Virus record (IMG/VR): IMGVR_UViG_3300025151_000046
Location: 1 to 53,757 of that record
Source of the DNA: a virus
Taxonomy: Duplodnaviria > Caudoviricetes
Length of the DNA: 53,757 nt
Strand: one strand, 5' to 3'
A program made the translations under genes and the position numbers. How positions within the stretch are numbered: the first letter of the stretch is position 1; each line of letters opens with the position of its first letter. Under the pieces are notes generated by a model. That model worked only from the letters and a program-made list of their open reading frames with translations. It searched no databases and had not been told where the DNA came from. Shown one piece after another: positions 46,369 through 53,757 of this stretch.

Positions 46369-46583
46369 ATCATTCCTCTCCTTTTGCGAGTCTTACCACC
46401 CAATCCAATTGTCTCTACCACTTCAGCATTTTCCAATTCGATAGGTAATCTCTTTTGCTCTTTAGATAAAATATCCATAAACTCGTCAAGAGTTGTCTGT
46501 CGCATCATCTTACCACCGCACTCGCAACAATATTGTACAGGTGCGACTTCTTCTTTCTTTTTCTTAAACCATTTCCATCCCAT
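46365..46583 (-). CDS. Small hypothetical protein with a CxxC motif
   Basis: SD GGTGA; ATGA overlap; CCECGG. Confidence 0.5.
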   Translation of the reverse strand: MGWKWFKKKKEEVAPVQYCCECGGKMMRQTTLDEFMDILSKEQKRLPIELENAEVVETIGLGGKTRKRRGMI

Positions 46584-46587
46584 AGTA

Positions 46588-48987
46588 TCACCAAAACCTC
46601 TTGGGCACTCTTCGTGCCGTTAGTCCATCAAGATTCCAATTGAGAGTTTGATACACAGATTTGAGTTTAGCGTGAATCCACTTGTTCACTACTGTACCCC
46701 AATCAATACTGTACCCTTCTAACTCCTTTTCATTCTCATATGCAATCACGTTACAGTACGGTTGGCCTTCGGGCACGTCGTCAATGAATACCCACTTTAC
46801 GCTATCACGTTTACCAAAGTCTGTACCATTGTATTGATTAGAATATCTTGCCGCCTTAGCAGCGTTAGGAACTACCTTGTCATACTCATCTAAGTCCTTA
46901 GATAAAGAGCCATAAGATGATACATCTGAAATCGGTATGCCACCCTTGTAAGCATGCTTGATGTCCGGCCTAATCTCTTCGTAAACCTCATCTTCATTCT
47001 TACCACTAGAAATCAAAGTGAATACTTTACCGAGTATTTCTTTTGTTAGCGGTGGCGCACTTGATGCTTTGATTGAGAAACCTGTAACCTTCATGTCACC
47101 CGCATCTTCGGGAGGATATGACTTGATACCGAAGTTACGATTCTTTACATCAGCAGTAAACCAATACGGGAAGAATGCTTCCAACTCAACATCAAGATAC
47201 TTTAGATTCATTTCATTCTGAGCAATGTCTGTAAGTTTACCAGCCACTTCTTCTGCTTCTTCAAACGGAACCTGTATGTAACACGAATCAGTGTGACCTG
47301 CAAGGCCACGATAACCCATCTCTTCACTCTTGTCAACTAACATAGAGATAGACTTACGACCTAGATAGGTGATAGACTGAGCAATCTCATAACTACTCCA
47401 TTGTCCTCTGACCTTCTTACTACCTACCATACCGTAAATCGCATTCACACTGACCTTGACAGCCATCTGTAGCATGTTGTAACCTAACTTCTCATCAGCA
47501 TCCGTAGCCTCTTTCATGAGTCCTTTGTAGTGCTTACGCAACTTCAACAACTCTTTAACTACAGATGGAAGAATACCTTCGATGTCTTGTCTCCAATGGA
47601 ATGTACCACCGCTACCTTTGATGTAGTTACCATCTTCATCTATCTTAGGTGGTATCTTGAGTGTCAGTGTGTTAGGCCCCGGCTTGTCAGTCAGTGTAGT
47701 ATGACATAGGTTAGCCGAGATAATGATGTTAGGATATAGAGAAGCGAAATCCACTAGCGCAACATTCTCATGTCTTCCTGCTACGGGAGGCATGACCCAT
47801 GCTGCCTGTAGTTCGGGTCGCTCTTCTATCCATGAGGTAGGTGCTTTCAATTCTGTATGCCTACCAATCAATCCTCTGAAATATCGTGATACATTGTGGG
47901 TGCTACCAAACTGTACACCACACACTTGCTGCATTGCAAGGTGGTATGCTGTACAATTCAACTTGTCATCAATGTCACGCAAGAGAGTAGTATCAACTAA
48001 ACAGTAATCTACAAAGTCATCATAGTATTCAGACCAACCGTTGAATACAGTCATGCCTTCTATTTCATCAGTGAGTTTGTGTCCTAAGTCTAGTGCTTCA
48101 GCAAACCACGCAAGTTTCCTTTGCTGTGCCTTTCCTTTACCGGACTTCTGCCACACACCCTCAAAACCACTACCCTCAGTCCACTGCGCCGCAGTGTCAA
48201 ACACCAGCCTACCCTTGATTGGTTGGGCTGTAGACTTGTAGCCCTCACCATTCTTCTTAGGTGGAAGGAATGTATTGATAGGTGACATATCATCTCTAAG
48301 TGGGCCAAGCCTATCATACAGTTTGGGTAAGTCAGCCCATGCCCCTGCGTGAGCAATCAGCATGTCCGGGTCACGCTCTCTTAGATAGTCTAAGAATCCC
48401 TCAAGCATCATCAACTCATCGGGGAATGTGCGTAGTTCATACCCATCATAACGGTCTATCCATTCTGTCTTTGTAACATTGTCACGGATAGACTCTTGAC
48501 TCCAAGCGAATACTACAGGACTGTCAGCATCAGAGTCAGCCACGGCTATCACAGTGATAAGACCCTCACCATCTGTTTGCCACTCCATATCATAGTACCA
48601 CTTACGAGGCTTGAACTCCGGTAACTTATCGGGATAGTTTGTGAGTAGGATTTGGTCAAGGTAGTTTAGGTCAGCCTCGCATGTCCACTTACCAACCATG
48701 TCTTTGATTTCCCATAGTTGGTTTGGGTGATTGACTTCAGCCTTCCATACTAAACCACCATTCAGTGCGTAAGAAGTTTCATCTTTATTTATTCTGACAT
48801 TCATTCTCTCAAGACGATTGAGAACATATGAAGGTGCATTCTGCTTTATCCAACAGAAAGGATATACGAAGTCGTCATCTTCATGCGTGATGTATCTTTC
48901 ATGAAGTACACCATCATTCCCACGAGTACGCTCATAGATGATGGGTGGCTCATACGGGTCATTGGATATGAAATCAATAATCATCAA
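46588..48987 (-). CDS. polB: Family B DNA polymerase
   Basis: ExoI YYDME, ExoIII YCLVD, motif A DFASLYP, motif B KVSVNAIYG, motif C AGHTDS; no intein. Confidence 0.95.
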   Translation of the reverse strand: MMIIDFISNDPYEPPIIYERTRGNDGVLHERYITHEDDDFVYPFCWIKQNAPSYVLNRLERMNVRINKDETSYALNGGLVWKAEVNHPNQLWEIKDMVGKWTCEADLNYLDQILLTNYPDKLPEFKPRKWYYDMEWQTDGEGLITVIAVADSDADSPVVFAWSQESIRDNVTKTEWIDRYDGYELRTFPDELMMLEGFLDYLRERDPDMLIAHAGAWADLPKLYDRLGPLRDDMSPINTFLPPKKNGEGYKSTAQPIKGRLVFDTAAQWTEGSGFEGVWQKSGKGKAQQRKLAWFAEALDLGHKLTDEIEGMTVFNGWSEYYDDFVDYCLVDTTLLRDIDDKLNCTAYHLAMQQVCGVQFGSTHNVSRYFRGLIGRHTELKAPTSWIEERPELQAAWVMPPVAGRHENVALVDFASLYPNIIISANLCHTTLTDKPGPNTLTLKIPPKIDEDGNYIKGSGGTFHWRQDIEGILPSVVKELLKLRKHYKGLMKEATDADEKLGYNMLQMAVKVSVNAIYGMVGSKKVRGQWSSYEIAQSITYLGRKSISMLVDKSEEMGYRGLAGHTDSCYIQVPFEEAEEVAGKLTDIAQNEMNLKYLDVELEAFFPYWFTADVKNRNFGIKSYPPEDAGDMKVTGFSIKASSAPPLTKEILGKVFTLISSGKNEDEVYEEIRPDIKHAYKGGIPISDVSSYGSLSKDLDEYDKVVPNAAKAARYSNQYNGTDFGKRDSVKWVFIDDVPEGQPYCNVIAYENEKELEGYSIDWGTVVNKWIHAKLKSVYQTLNWNLDGLTARRVPKRFW

Positions 48988-49736
48988 GCATCACTCTCAT
49001 TTATTATTAAGAGTAAAGTATTATCCTGCTCAAAGATTACAGGTTCATTGTCGCCCATGTGAAGTCTAGCATTGCCCTCATCAAGATACTGTAGGCACTT
49101 AGGTAACCAATCACCAAAGTATGTCTCTACTGTAGCGTTAGGCCCATCAGCATCAGTGATGGGTAGTGTAGTGAATAGGCGACCTGTAGCAGCCTTACCA
49201 GCCACTATACCCAAGTCATCTTCCCCACAGTGTACCCTCAACTTGAACTGAGAATCAGCCGCTACTAATCCCTTCATACCGGCCAATGAAATCAAATCCT
49301 TAGTTTGAACATTAGCGTGTACATTGAGTATCGCACCGGAAAAATCAGACCAACCTACAGACGCACAATCAGAAAGTAACTTGCGAATAACCACGGTTTT
49401 ACTTGCTGATAAAATATCATCAGTGCTAGGTATCTGCAACTTGTTTCCACCTGCTTCAATGTGAAGAGGCTTCACCGGTGTAGTCTGTCTAAGAGTTACG
49501 TTGTCTTGCTTGCTCGCTTTCAAGAAACCGATTGCCTTCTCAAGCATAGCGATGTGGATAAACCCTTCATCAACTATCGTAACACCTGTAATGTGTTTAC
49601 GCAAGTAGTAGTTAGCAAACCCTACCTCGATGGTAATACGATTGCCAGCACAACTCATACGCACGTCTGTTACACCCTTTCCAAAAGAGGAAAGGAAGGC
49701 AAGCAACTCTTTTCTATCTACACTAATTTTACACAT
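48984..49736 (-). CDS. Putative PCNA-like sliding clamp
   Basis: 250 aa with a two-domain alternating alpha/beta pattern and a C-terminal LHMGDNEPVIFE...LLII like PCNA. Adjacent to PolB and near RFC. Confidence 0.6.
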   Translation of the reverse strand: MCKISVDRKELLAFLSSFGKGVTDVRMSCAGNRITIEVGFANYYLRKHITGVTIVDEGFIHIAMLEKAIGFLKASKQDNVTLRQTTPVKPLHIEAGGNKLQIPSTDDILSASKTVVIRKLLSDCASVGWSDFSGAILNVHANVQTKDLISLAGMKGLVAADSQFKLRVHCGEDDLGIVAGKAATGRLFTTLPITDADGPNATVETYFGDWLPKCLQYLDEGNARLHMGDNEPVIFEQDNTLLLIINESDA

Positions 49737-49754
49737 AACAACACCTCAAGCAAA

Positions 49755-49855
49755 GTAGGAAAACGGCGGGAGGGAAACAAAGGAAACACCCAAAGAAACA
49801 AACCCCCCGTCTGCGAAAGCGATAACTATACCGTTTATTACTGCTCAAAACCTAC
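49755..49855 (-). other. Structured intergenic element (nested inverted repeats; candidate cis-regulatory RNA or terminator)
   Basis: GTAGG/CCTAC, AAACGG/CCGTTT and CGGGAGG/CCCCCCG nested pairings around three GAAACA repeats, in the largest non-coding gap of the window. Confidence 0.5.
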
Positions 49856-49867
49856 CTCGTAAGAGTA

Positions 49868-50836
49868 TCACAAACTCCCATCGTGTAGTTCGGGTAATCC
49901 GAACCACTGATAATCTCCATCCGGCTTCGTTACAAAGACCGTCTTAGTTTGGTCTTGTAGAGAAGGGTTAGTCTTACACTTGTGGAAGCGAGCCTTGTAC
50001 TCAGTCTTTACCAACTCACCTTCATCGTCGTACTCTTCTTCTGTCTCCATCCAAATAATAGTCGGAAGGTAGTTGTTAGTTTTCTTTTCCCATTCCGGTT
50101 GCCAAGATGTTTCAGCATCTTTGCTGAATGAGAAGTTAGTATTGCGAAGGTGAGTCTCCCAAAAGACTCTGACACCTGCTCTCACTAGATTGCGAGATAG
50201 TGCTGTTAGTTGGTGGAAGCGAGTGTTACGAATAGCCCAATCAGACTGTCGCTCAACACGCTTTGCATCACCTGCACCACGATTGTCAGCCGCTTCGATA
50301 CCATCCTTAGCCAATCCTAAGTCAATGATTCTCATGTTGTTAGTACAAATCTCTAACCATGAATCAAGTCCACTCACAAGTACACCCCATACAGGCGCAC
50401 CTTCGTTAGTGACTCTGTGTAATATGAACTTCATGATGTCCATGACACGCTGATGTGTACCGGGATAGTCATAGGCAGTACGGTCTTGAATACCCATTTG
50501 CCACGGATTCCAACACTTGATGTTGTCATTGTTACCCAATGCTGAGTTTAGCATTGTAACTCCCATGTCGAAGTCAATCGCATGTAACTCTGCTTCGGGG
50601 TGCTTTGCCTTATCATTCTCAAATGCATCCTTTACAATACCCGATTTACAAGTACCATCATGTCCTGCAATACCGATGAACTGATGAGTCAACTTCTTCT
50701 CTTCAGTCATGCGGTTCTCTTCAGCACGAAGATGAGCGTATAGGTCATTGCCAGCCTTTACCTGTTGAGGCTTAGGTGCTACCTTTACTTCCTTCTCTTC
50801 TGCTTGCGCTACCACTGTTTCTCCAAATCCTGCCAT
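49868..50836 (-). CDS. RecA-like/AAA_24 (Sak4-like) P-loop ATPase, putative recombination protein
   Basis: Variant Walker A GHDGTCKS, AIDFD, and VRVFWETH; replication context. Confidence 0.6.
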   Translation of the reverse strand: MAGFGETVVAQAEEKEVKVAPKPQQVKAGNDLYAHLRAEENRMTEEKKLTHQFIGIAGHDGTCKSGIVKDAFENDKAKHPEAELHAIDFDMGVTMLNSALGNNDNIKCWNPWQMGIQDRTAYDYPGTHQRVMDIMKFILHRVTNEGAPVWGVLVSGLDSWLEICTNNMRIIDLGLAKDGIEAADNRGAGDAKRVERQSDWAIRNTRFHQLTALSRNLVRAGVRVFWETHLRNTNFSFSKDAETSWQPEWEKKTNNYLPTIIWMETEEEYDDEGELVKTEYKARFHKCKTNPSLQDQTKTVFVTKPDGDYQWFGLPELHDGSL

Positions 50837-50837
50837 C

Positions 50838-51047
50838 TTAATCTCTCCTTATACAATCTGCCTTTAGATTAGGTTTTGACTCGACTAACTCACCAATCAA
50901 TTCATTGACTACCTCATCTATTTCATGAGTTGCTGATACATTGTCTATGATACACTCAACAAGTTTATGCAAGTCTTTCACATCATAGAAGTCGAATAGT
51001 AAATCTAAGTCTCTTCTGTAACCTAACTGTTCTGCGTAATCATTCAA
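50838..51047 (-). CDS. Small acidic hypothetical protein (start uncertain)
   Basis: Fills the gap between the RPA-like and ATPase genes. A TTG start near 51047 follows GGAG; the ORF track extends it to 51107. Confidence 0.4.
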   Translation of the reverse strand: MNDYAEQLGYRRDLDLLFDFYDVKDLHKLVECIIDNVSATHEIDEVVNELIGELVESKPNLKADCIRRD

Positions 51048-52374
51048 ACTGACCAACTCCTGTGTTACCACCTGTCTCACGACGGCGGCATCTTCGTGGG
51101 TGACCATAGATACCGTAGACGGTCATCTTAGGTGTAGTGAGTCCATCTCTTGTAGCCATACCAATACGGCCAAAGACAAAGACTGTGGACTTCTCAGCGT
51201 ATGGGAATGCTTCCTCACCCCAATGCGCTCTAAATGGGTTACAGGTCTTACCTACCGCACCCGGAATCCAACAAGTGATGTCACCTGCAATCGGACTGTT
51301 AAGTGTCATTAGGTAGTTCTCTCCCTCAGAATCGTACTCGCTTTCACGAGGCTCAGTGTTAAGTGAGTTGATGATACCTCTTGTGATAACAAGAGGCCCG
51401 AACTGTCTCTTCTCTCCACCGGATGTGTAGAATTGCTTGCGCTCTTCATACGCTTCTTCAAGCGAATCAATGTTCACATACAGGTCGTGGAACTCTCCGT
51501 TAGTCCAATACTTTGTAGGCTGAAGAAGAGGTCTTACATTCTCACTAACGAAGTCGTCAGTGTATGTAATCTCAAAGTTAGAATAGATACCTAGTACATC
51601 TTTGAATGCTTCACTTGCATTCTCTCTAGGTGGTACAACCTGTATCTTACATGGTCTTCCAATGTCCAAGTTGTGATAGATGAAATCTTGAGTCATGTCA
51701 ACACGCCACAGAGAGATAGAACCATTCTTTACGAAGTCTTCTTCCTCTCCACCCAAGAAGTATGCGTAGCGACCCATCCTTGTTGCAGGTGCAGGTTGGT
51801 TGTCATAGGTAGTCAAACATACCCAATCATTGTCAGCCTTGATACCGAATGGTGGTTTGTTTTCTGTAGACACATCAAGAACAGTCATGCCCTCTTTGTG
51901 ATGTAGTGCCCACTTGTCATCCTTCTTCTCAAAGACTCCAAGCCTACCACTTGATACAGCCTCATTGGGGTCTTCCTTGTACAACTTGAGGTTTGCACGA
52001 ACAATGTTAGCAAGCCTATCGCTCTTCTTGTCATGCATACCCAAGAAGCATCCAACCCATGTCTGTAGTTTACTGTTAGAGCCACTGCTCTGTCTTCTTG
52101 TCTCTAATACGAACTGCTCAGACCAATCAACTAGCAAGTCTTCATCTTCTTGTGTTGGGTCATCACACGCATAATTGGTTTTGATGTCTTCAAGGAACTC
52201 GTTGATTGCATCAGCAAGTTTCTTTCCTGTCCTTTCAGCATATTTACTAAGGCGGTCAGTGACACCTTGTGGAAGATTGGCAGTGCTGCTGCTCTCTGCA
52301 ACTGCACCAAAGCCGTTTCCTTCCGGTTCGTAGTTATCTTCGTATTCATCTTCTTTGTCCCATGCGGTACTCAT
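51040..52374 (-). CDS. Putative RPA-like single-stranded DNA-binding protein (OB folds)
   Basis: C-terminal OB-like strands (VITRGII...ITCWIP...VFVFGRI...MTVYGIY) and acidic character. ATG 52374 overlaps the RFC stop and follows AGGAG. Confidence 0.5.
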   Translation of the reverse strand: MSTAWDKEDEYEDNYEPEGNGFGAVAESSSTANLPQGVTDRLSKYAERTGKKLADAINEFLEDIKTNYACDDPTQEDEDLLVDWSEQFVLETRRQSSGSNSKLQTWVGCFLGMHDKKSDRLANIVRANLKLYKEDPNEAVSSGRLGVFEKKDDKWALHHKEGMTVLDVSTENKPPFGIKADNDWVCLTTYDNQPAPATRMGRYAYFLGGEEEDFVKNGSISLWRVDMTQDFIYHNLDIGRPCKIQVVPPRENASEAFKDVLGIYSNFEITYTDDFVSENVRPLLQPTKYWTNGEFHDLYVNIDSLEEAYEERKQFYTSGGEKRQFGPLVITRGIINSLNTEPRESEYDSEGENYLMTLNSPIAGDITCWIPGAVGKTCNPFRAHWGEEAFPYAEKSTVFVFGRIGMATRDGLTTPKMTVYGIYGHPRRCRRRETGGNTGVGQFE

Positions 52375-53309
52375 TGTTTCATCTCCTTTTTTAGTTGGGC
52401 TACTAATACTTCTACGAAGGATTCTGAACTCCCTGCCCATTCGTAGACGTATTTCATCATGTCACCCCATACTGCCATAATAGCAAATGTGGTATCGGGG
52501 TCATCGTCAAAGTGCTTTCTAATTGCACGATGGAAGTTATTCATAAATGATAACTTGTCCCTCGATGAATCTAATAAATCCAACAAGTTTTCTCTTAGGT
52601 CATTCCACTCATTGGATATAGTCATGTCCCACCAATCATCATCACTTTGTTTCATGGTGAATTGTTTAATTGAATCTGCTGTCTTCGGAATACGCTCTAG
52701 TGAATTTACTGCTGCTCGCAAATCTCCACCGTGGAAATCAACTACATCACCGTAGTATGGTTCCCATTCGATAGGTACTCCACAAGATTCTGTAAGTCTA
52801 GTAAGGTGAGAAGCACCCTGCTTGGCATCAACACGTTTGAACGTGTATGCTGTACATCTGCTCTTGATAGCAGGGCGTATCTTGTCACCGTAGTTAGCGG
52901 TTAGAATGAAGAGTACCTTGTTAGCGTACTTCTCCATGATACCACGCATTGCATCTTGTGCTTGTGGAGTAAGACCATCGGCCTCATCAAACACAATCAC
53001 TTTGCGCTTTGTACCTATACCACTCAACCTAGAGAAGTTTTTGACTTCCTCTCTAATGTGTCCGATACCCCTGTCATCACTAGCATTAGTCCACATTACA
53101 TTCATGTCATTGTAGGCATTGCCAAGCAGGGTACGGGCAACAGCATTGGCAGCACTTGTTTTACCTGTGCCGGGTTCCCCTATGAATAGAAGGGCTGCGG
53201 GGTATTCGCCTGTCCTCTCCCATTCAAGAGCGTCATTCACAAAACTATCATTGCCTACCACTTGGGTAACACTAACAGGTCTTAGAACCTCATTCCAATT
53301 AGTTGCCAT
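52371..53309 (-). CDS. rfcS: Replication factor C small subunit (clamp loader)
   Basis: WNEVLRP, GEPGTGKT, NASDDRG, DEAD, SRC and GDLR motifs. Confidence 0.95.
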   Translation of the reverse strand: MATNWNEVLRPVSVTQVVGNDSFVNDALEWERTGEYPAALLFIGEPGTGKTSAANAVARTLLGNAYNDMNVMWTNASDDRGIGHIREEVKNFSRLSGIGTKRKVIVFDEADGLTPQAQDAMRGIMEKYANKVLFILTANYGDKIRPAIKSRCTAYTFKRVDAKQGASHLTRLTESCGVPIEWEPYYGDVVDFHGGDLRAAVNSLERIPKTADSIKQFTMKQSDDDWWDMTISNEWNDLRENLLDLLDSSRDKLSFMNNFHRAIRKHFDDDPDTTFAIMAVWGDMMKYVYEWAGSSESFVEVLVAQLKKEMKQ

Positions 53310-53332
53310 TTTCCTCAATCCCTATCTCAATT

Positions 53333-53757
53333 CTAGTTTATATACTCTGACTTCAAGTCCTCATATTTTTCATCATGTTGATTGACCCAAGCCATGAACT
53401 TCTTCCAATTGCGATGCTTGTTTCTAGGAATCTTGGGTATAGGATTATCAAGCACCCACTTCAACATGTTGTACTTGACCCTATCAGTAGGACACAATAA
53501 GAACTCAAATGCGTCTAACACCTTTACCCACTTCTCCAACTTCTCCACTCGCTGTATTCTCCGGGTTTCCATGACACTTAAACCGTGTGAGTTAGCCCAT
53601 ACCTCGATACACTTCTTCTGTTCTTCAGTAGTGTTAGGCTTGAGACTAACGTACTTTCTTACACTTAAGCCGTAACCGTATGGTGACTTGTCAACTGCTA
53701 CCCTAAATGTAAGGCGAGTAACCGCCAGCCCCAACCCAATGAACTCAGTCGGATTCA
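53333..53757 (-). CDS. Hypothetical protein, weakly LAGLIDADG-like (start at or beyond the window edge)
   Basis: The frame is open to the edge (NPTEFIGLGLAVTRLTFRVAV...GYGLSVR). The secondary-structure pattern recalls single LAGLIDADG domains but lacks the acidic catalytic residue. Confidence 0.4.
   Translation of the reverse strand, partial: NPTEFIGLGLAVTRLTFRVAVDKSPYGYGLSVRKYVSLKPNTTEEQKKCIEVWANSHGLSVMETRRIQRVEKLEKWVKVLDAFEFLLCPTDRVKYNMLKWVLDNPIPKIPRNKHRNWKKFMAWVNQHDEKYEDLKSEYIN
53337..53344 (-). promoter_or_regulatory. Archaeal TATA box (TATATAAA) upstream of RFC
   Basis: 27 nt upstream of ATG 53309; same AGTATWTAAAC context as the box at 42781. Confidence 0.5.

Noticed and set aside
46588-48987. 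Inteins in PolB, helicase, RFC or the giant protein
   Set aside because: The enzymes are of normal length with contiguous motifs, and I saw no convincing intein splice-junction pair.
49755-49855. Intergenic structure as a tRNA or hammerhead ribozyme
   Set aside because: No cloverleaf or T-loop, and no CUGAnGA core on either strand; kept only as an unclassified structured element.
39220-53309. Thermosome, RFC and PolB block as host chromosome flanking a provirus
   Set aside because: The genes are divergent, tightly overlapped and mixed with small viral-type ORFs. No integrase, att site, tRNA or housekeeping operon is seen, and the block abuts the structural genes with no gap.
53333-53757. 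Active homing endonuclease
   Set aside because: The resemblance to LAGLIDADG is weak, the acidic catalytic residue is missing, and the gene is cut by the window edge.

Overview
A dense, wall-to-wall coding fragment of a tailed (HK97-fold) archaeal virus. The gene set points to a Magrovirus-type virus of Marine Group II Euryarchaeota (Poseidoniales); this host call is inferred from archaeal-type PolB, PCNA, RFC and primase genes, a group II chaperonin, TATA boxes and GAGGTGA ribosome-binding sites. The + strand (1-39013) is one morphogenesis block. It runs: a large protein with a degenerate ATP-dependent ligase domain, prohead protease/scaffold, major capsid protein, small head proteins, head-tail adaptor, tail terminator, tail tube, a chaperone pair with a probable -1 frameshift, a short Trp-repeat tape measure, a Dit-like protein, a 5832-aa giant tail protein, an inserted ADP-ribosyltransferase-like + HMG-CoA lyase pair, a hub-like protein and a tail fibre. 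The - strand (39014-53757) is a convergent replication block: thermosome, DEDD exonuclease, AAA+ helicase, ERCC4 nuclease, fused primase, Cas4-like nuclease, PolB, PCNA-like clamp, P-loop ATPase, RPA-like protein and RFC. The most interesting signals are (1) a shared F-x-x-[AS]-W-x-x-L-K tag together with recurring hydrophobic-x-K/[ASG] motifs, suggesting a capsid-packaging and proteolytic-maturation system whose cargo may include the ART and the pseudo-ligase; (2) an HMG-CoA lyase translationally coupled inside the tail operon; (3) a ~65-aa module repeated across different tail proteins; and (4) a structured intergenic element upstream of the PCNA-like gene. All functional calls come from motif recognition by eye, not from database searches.
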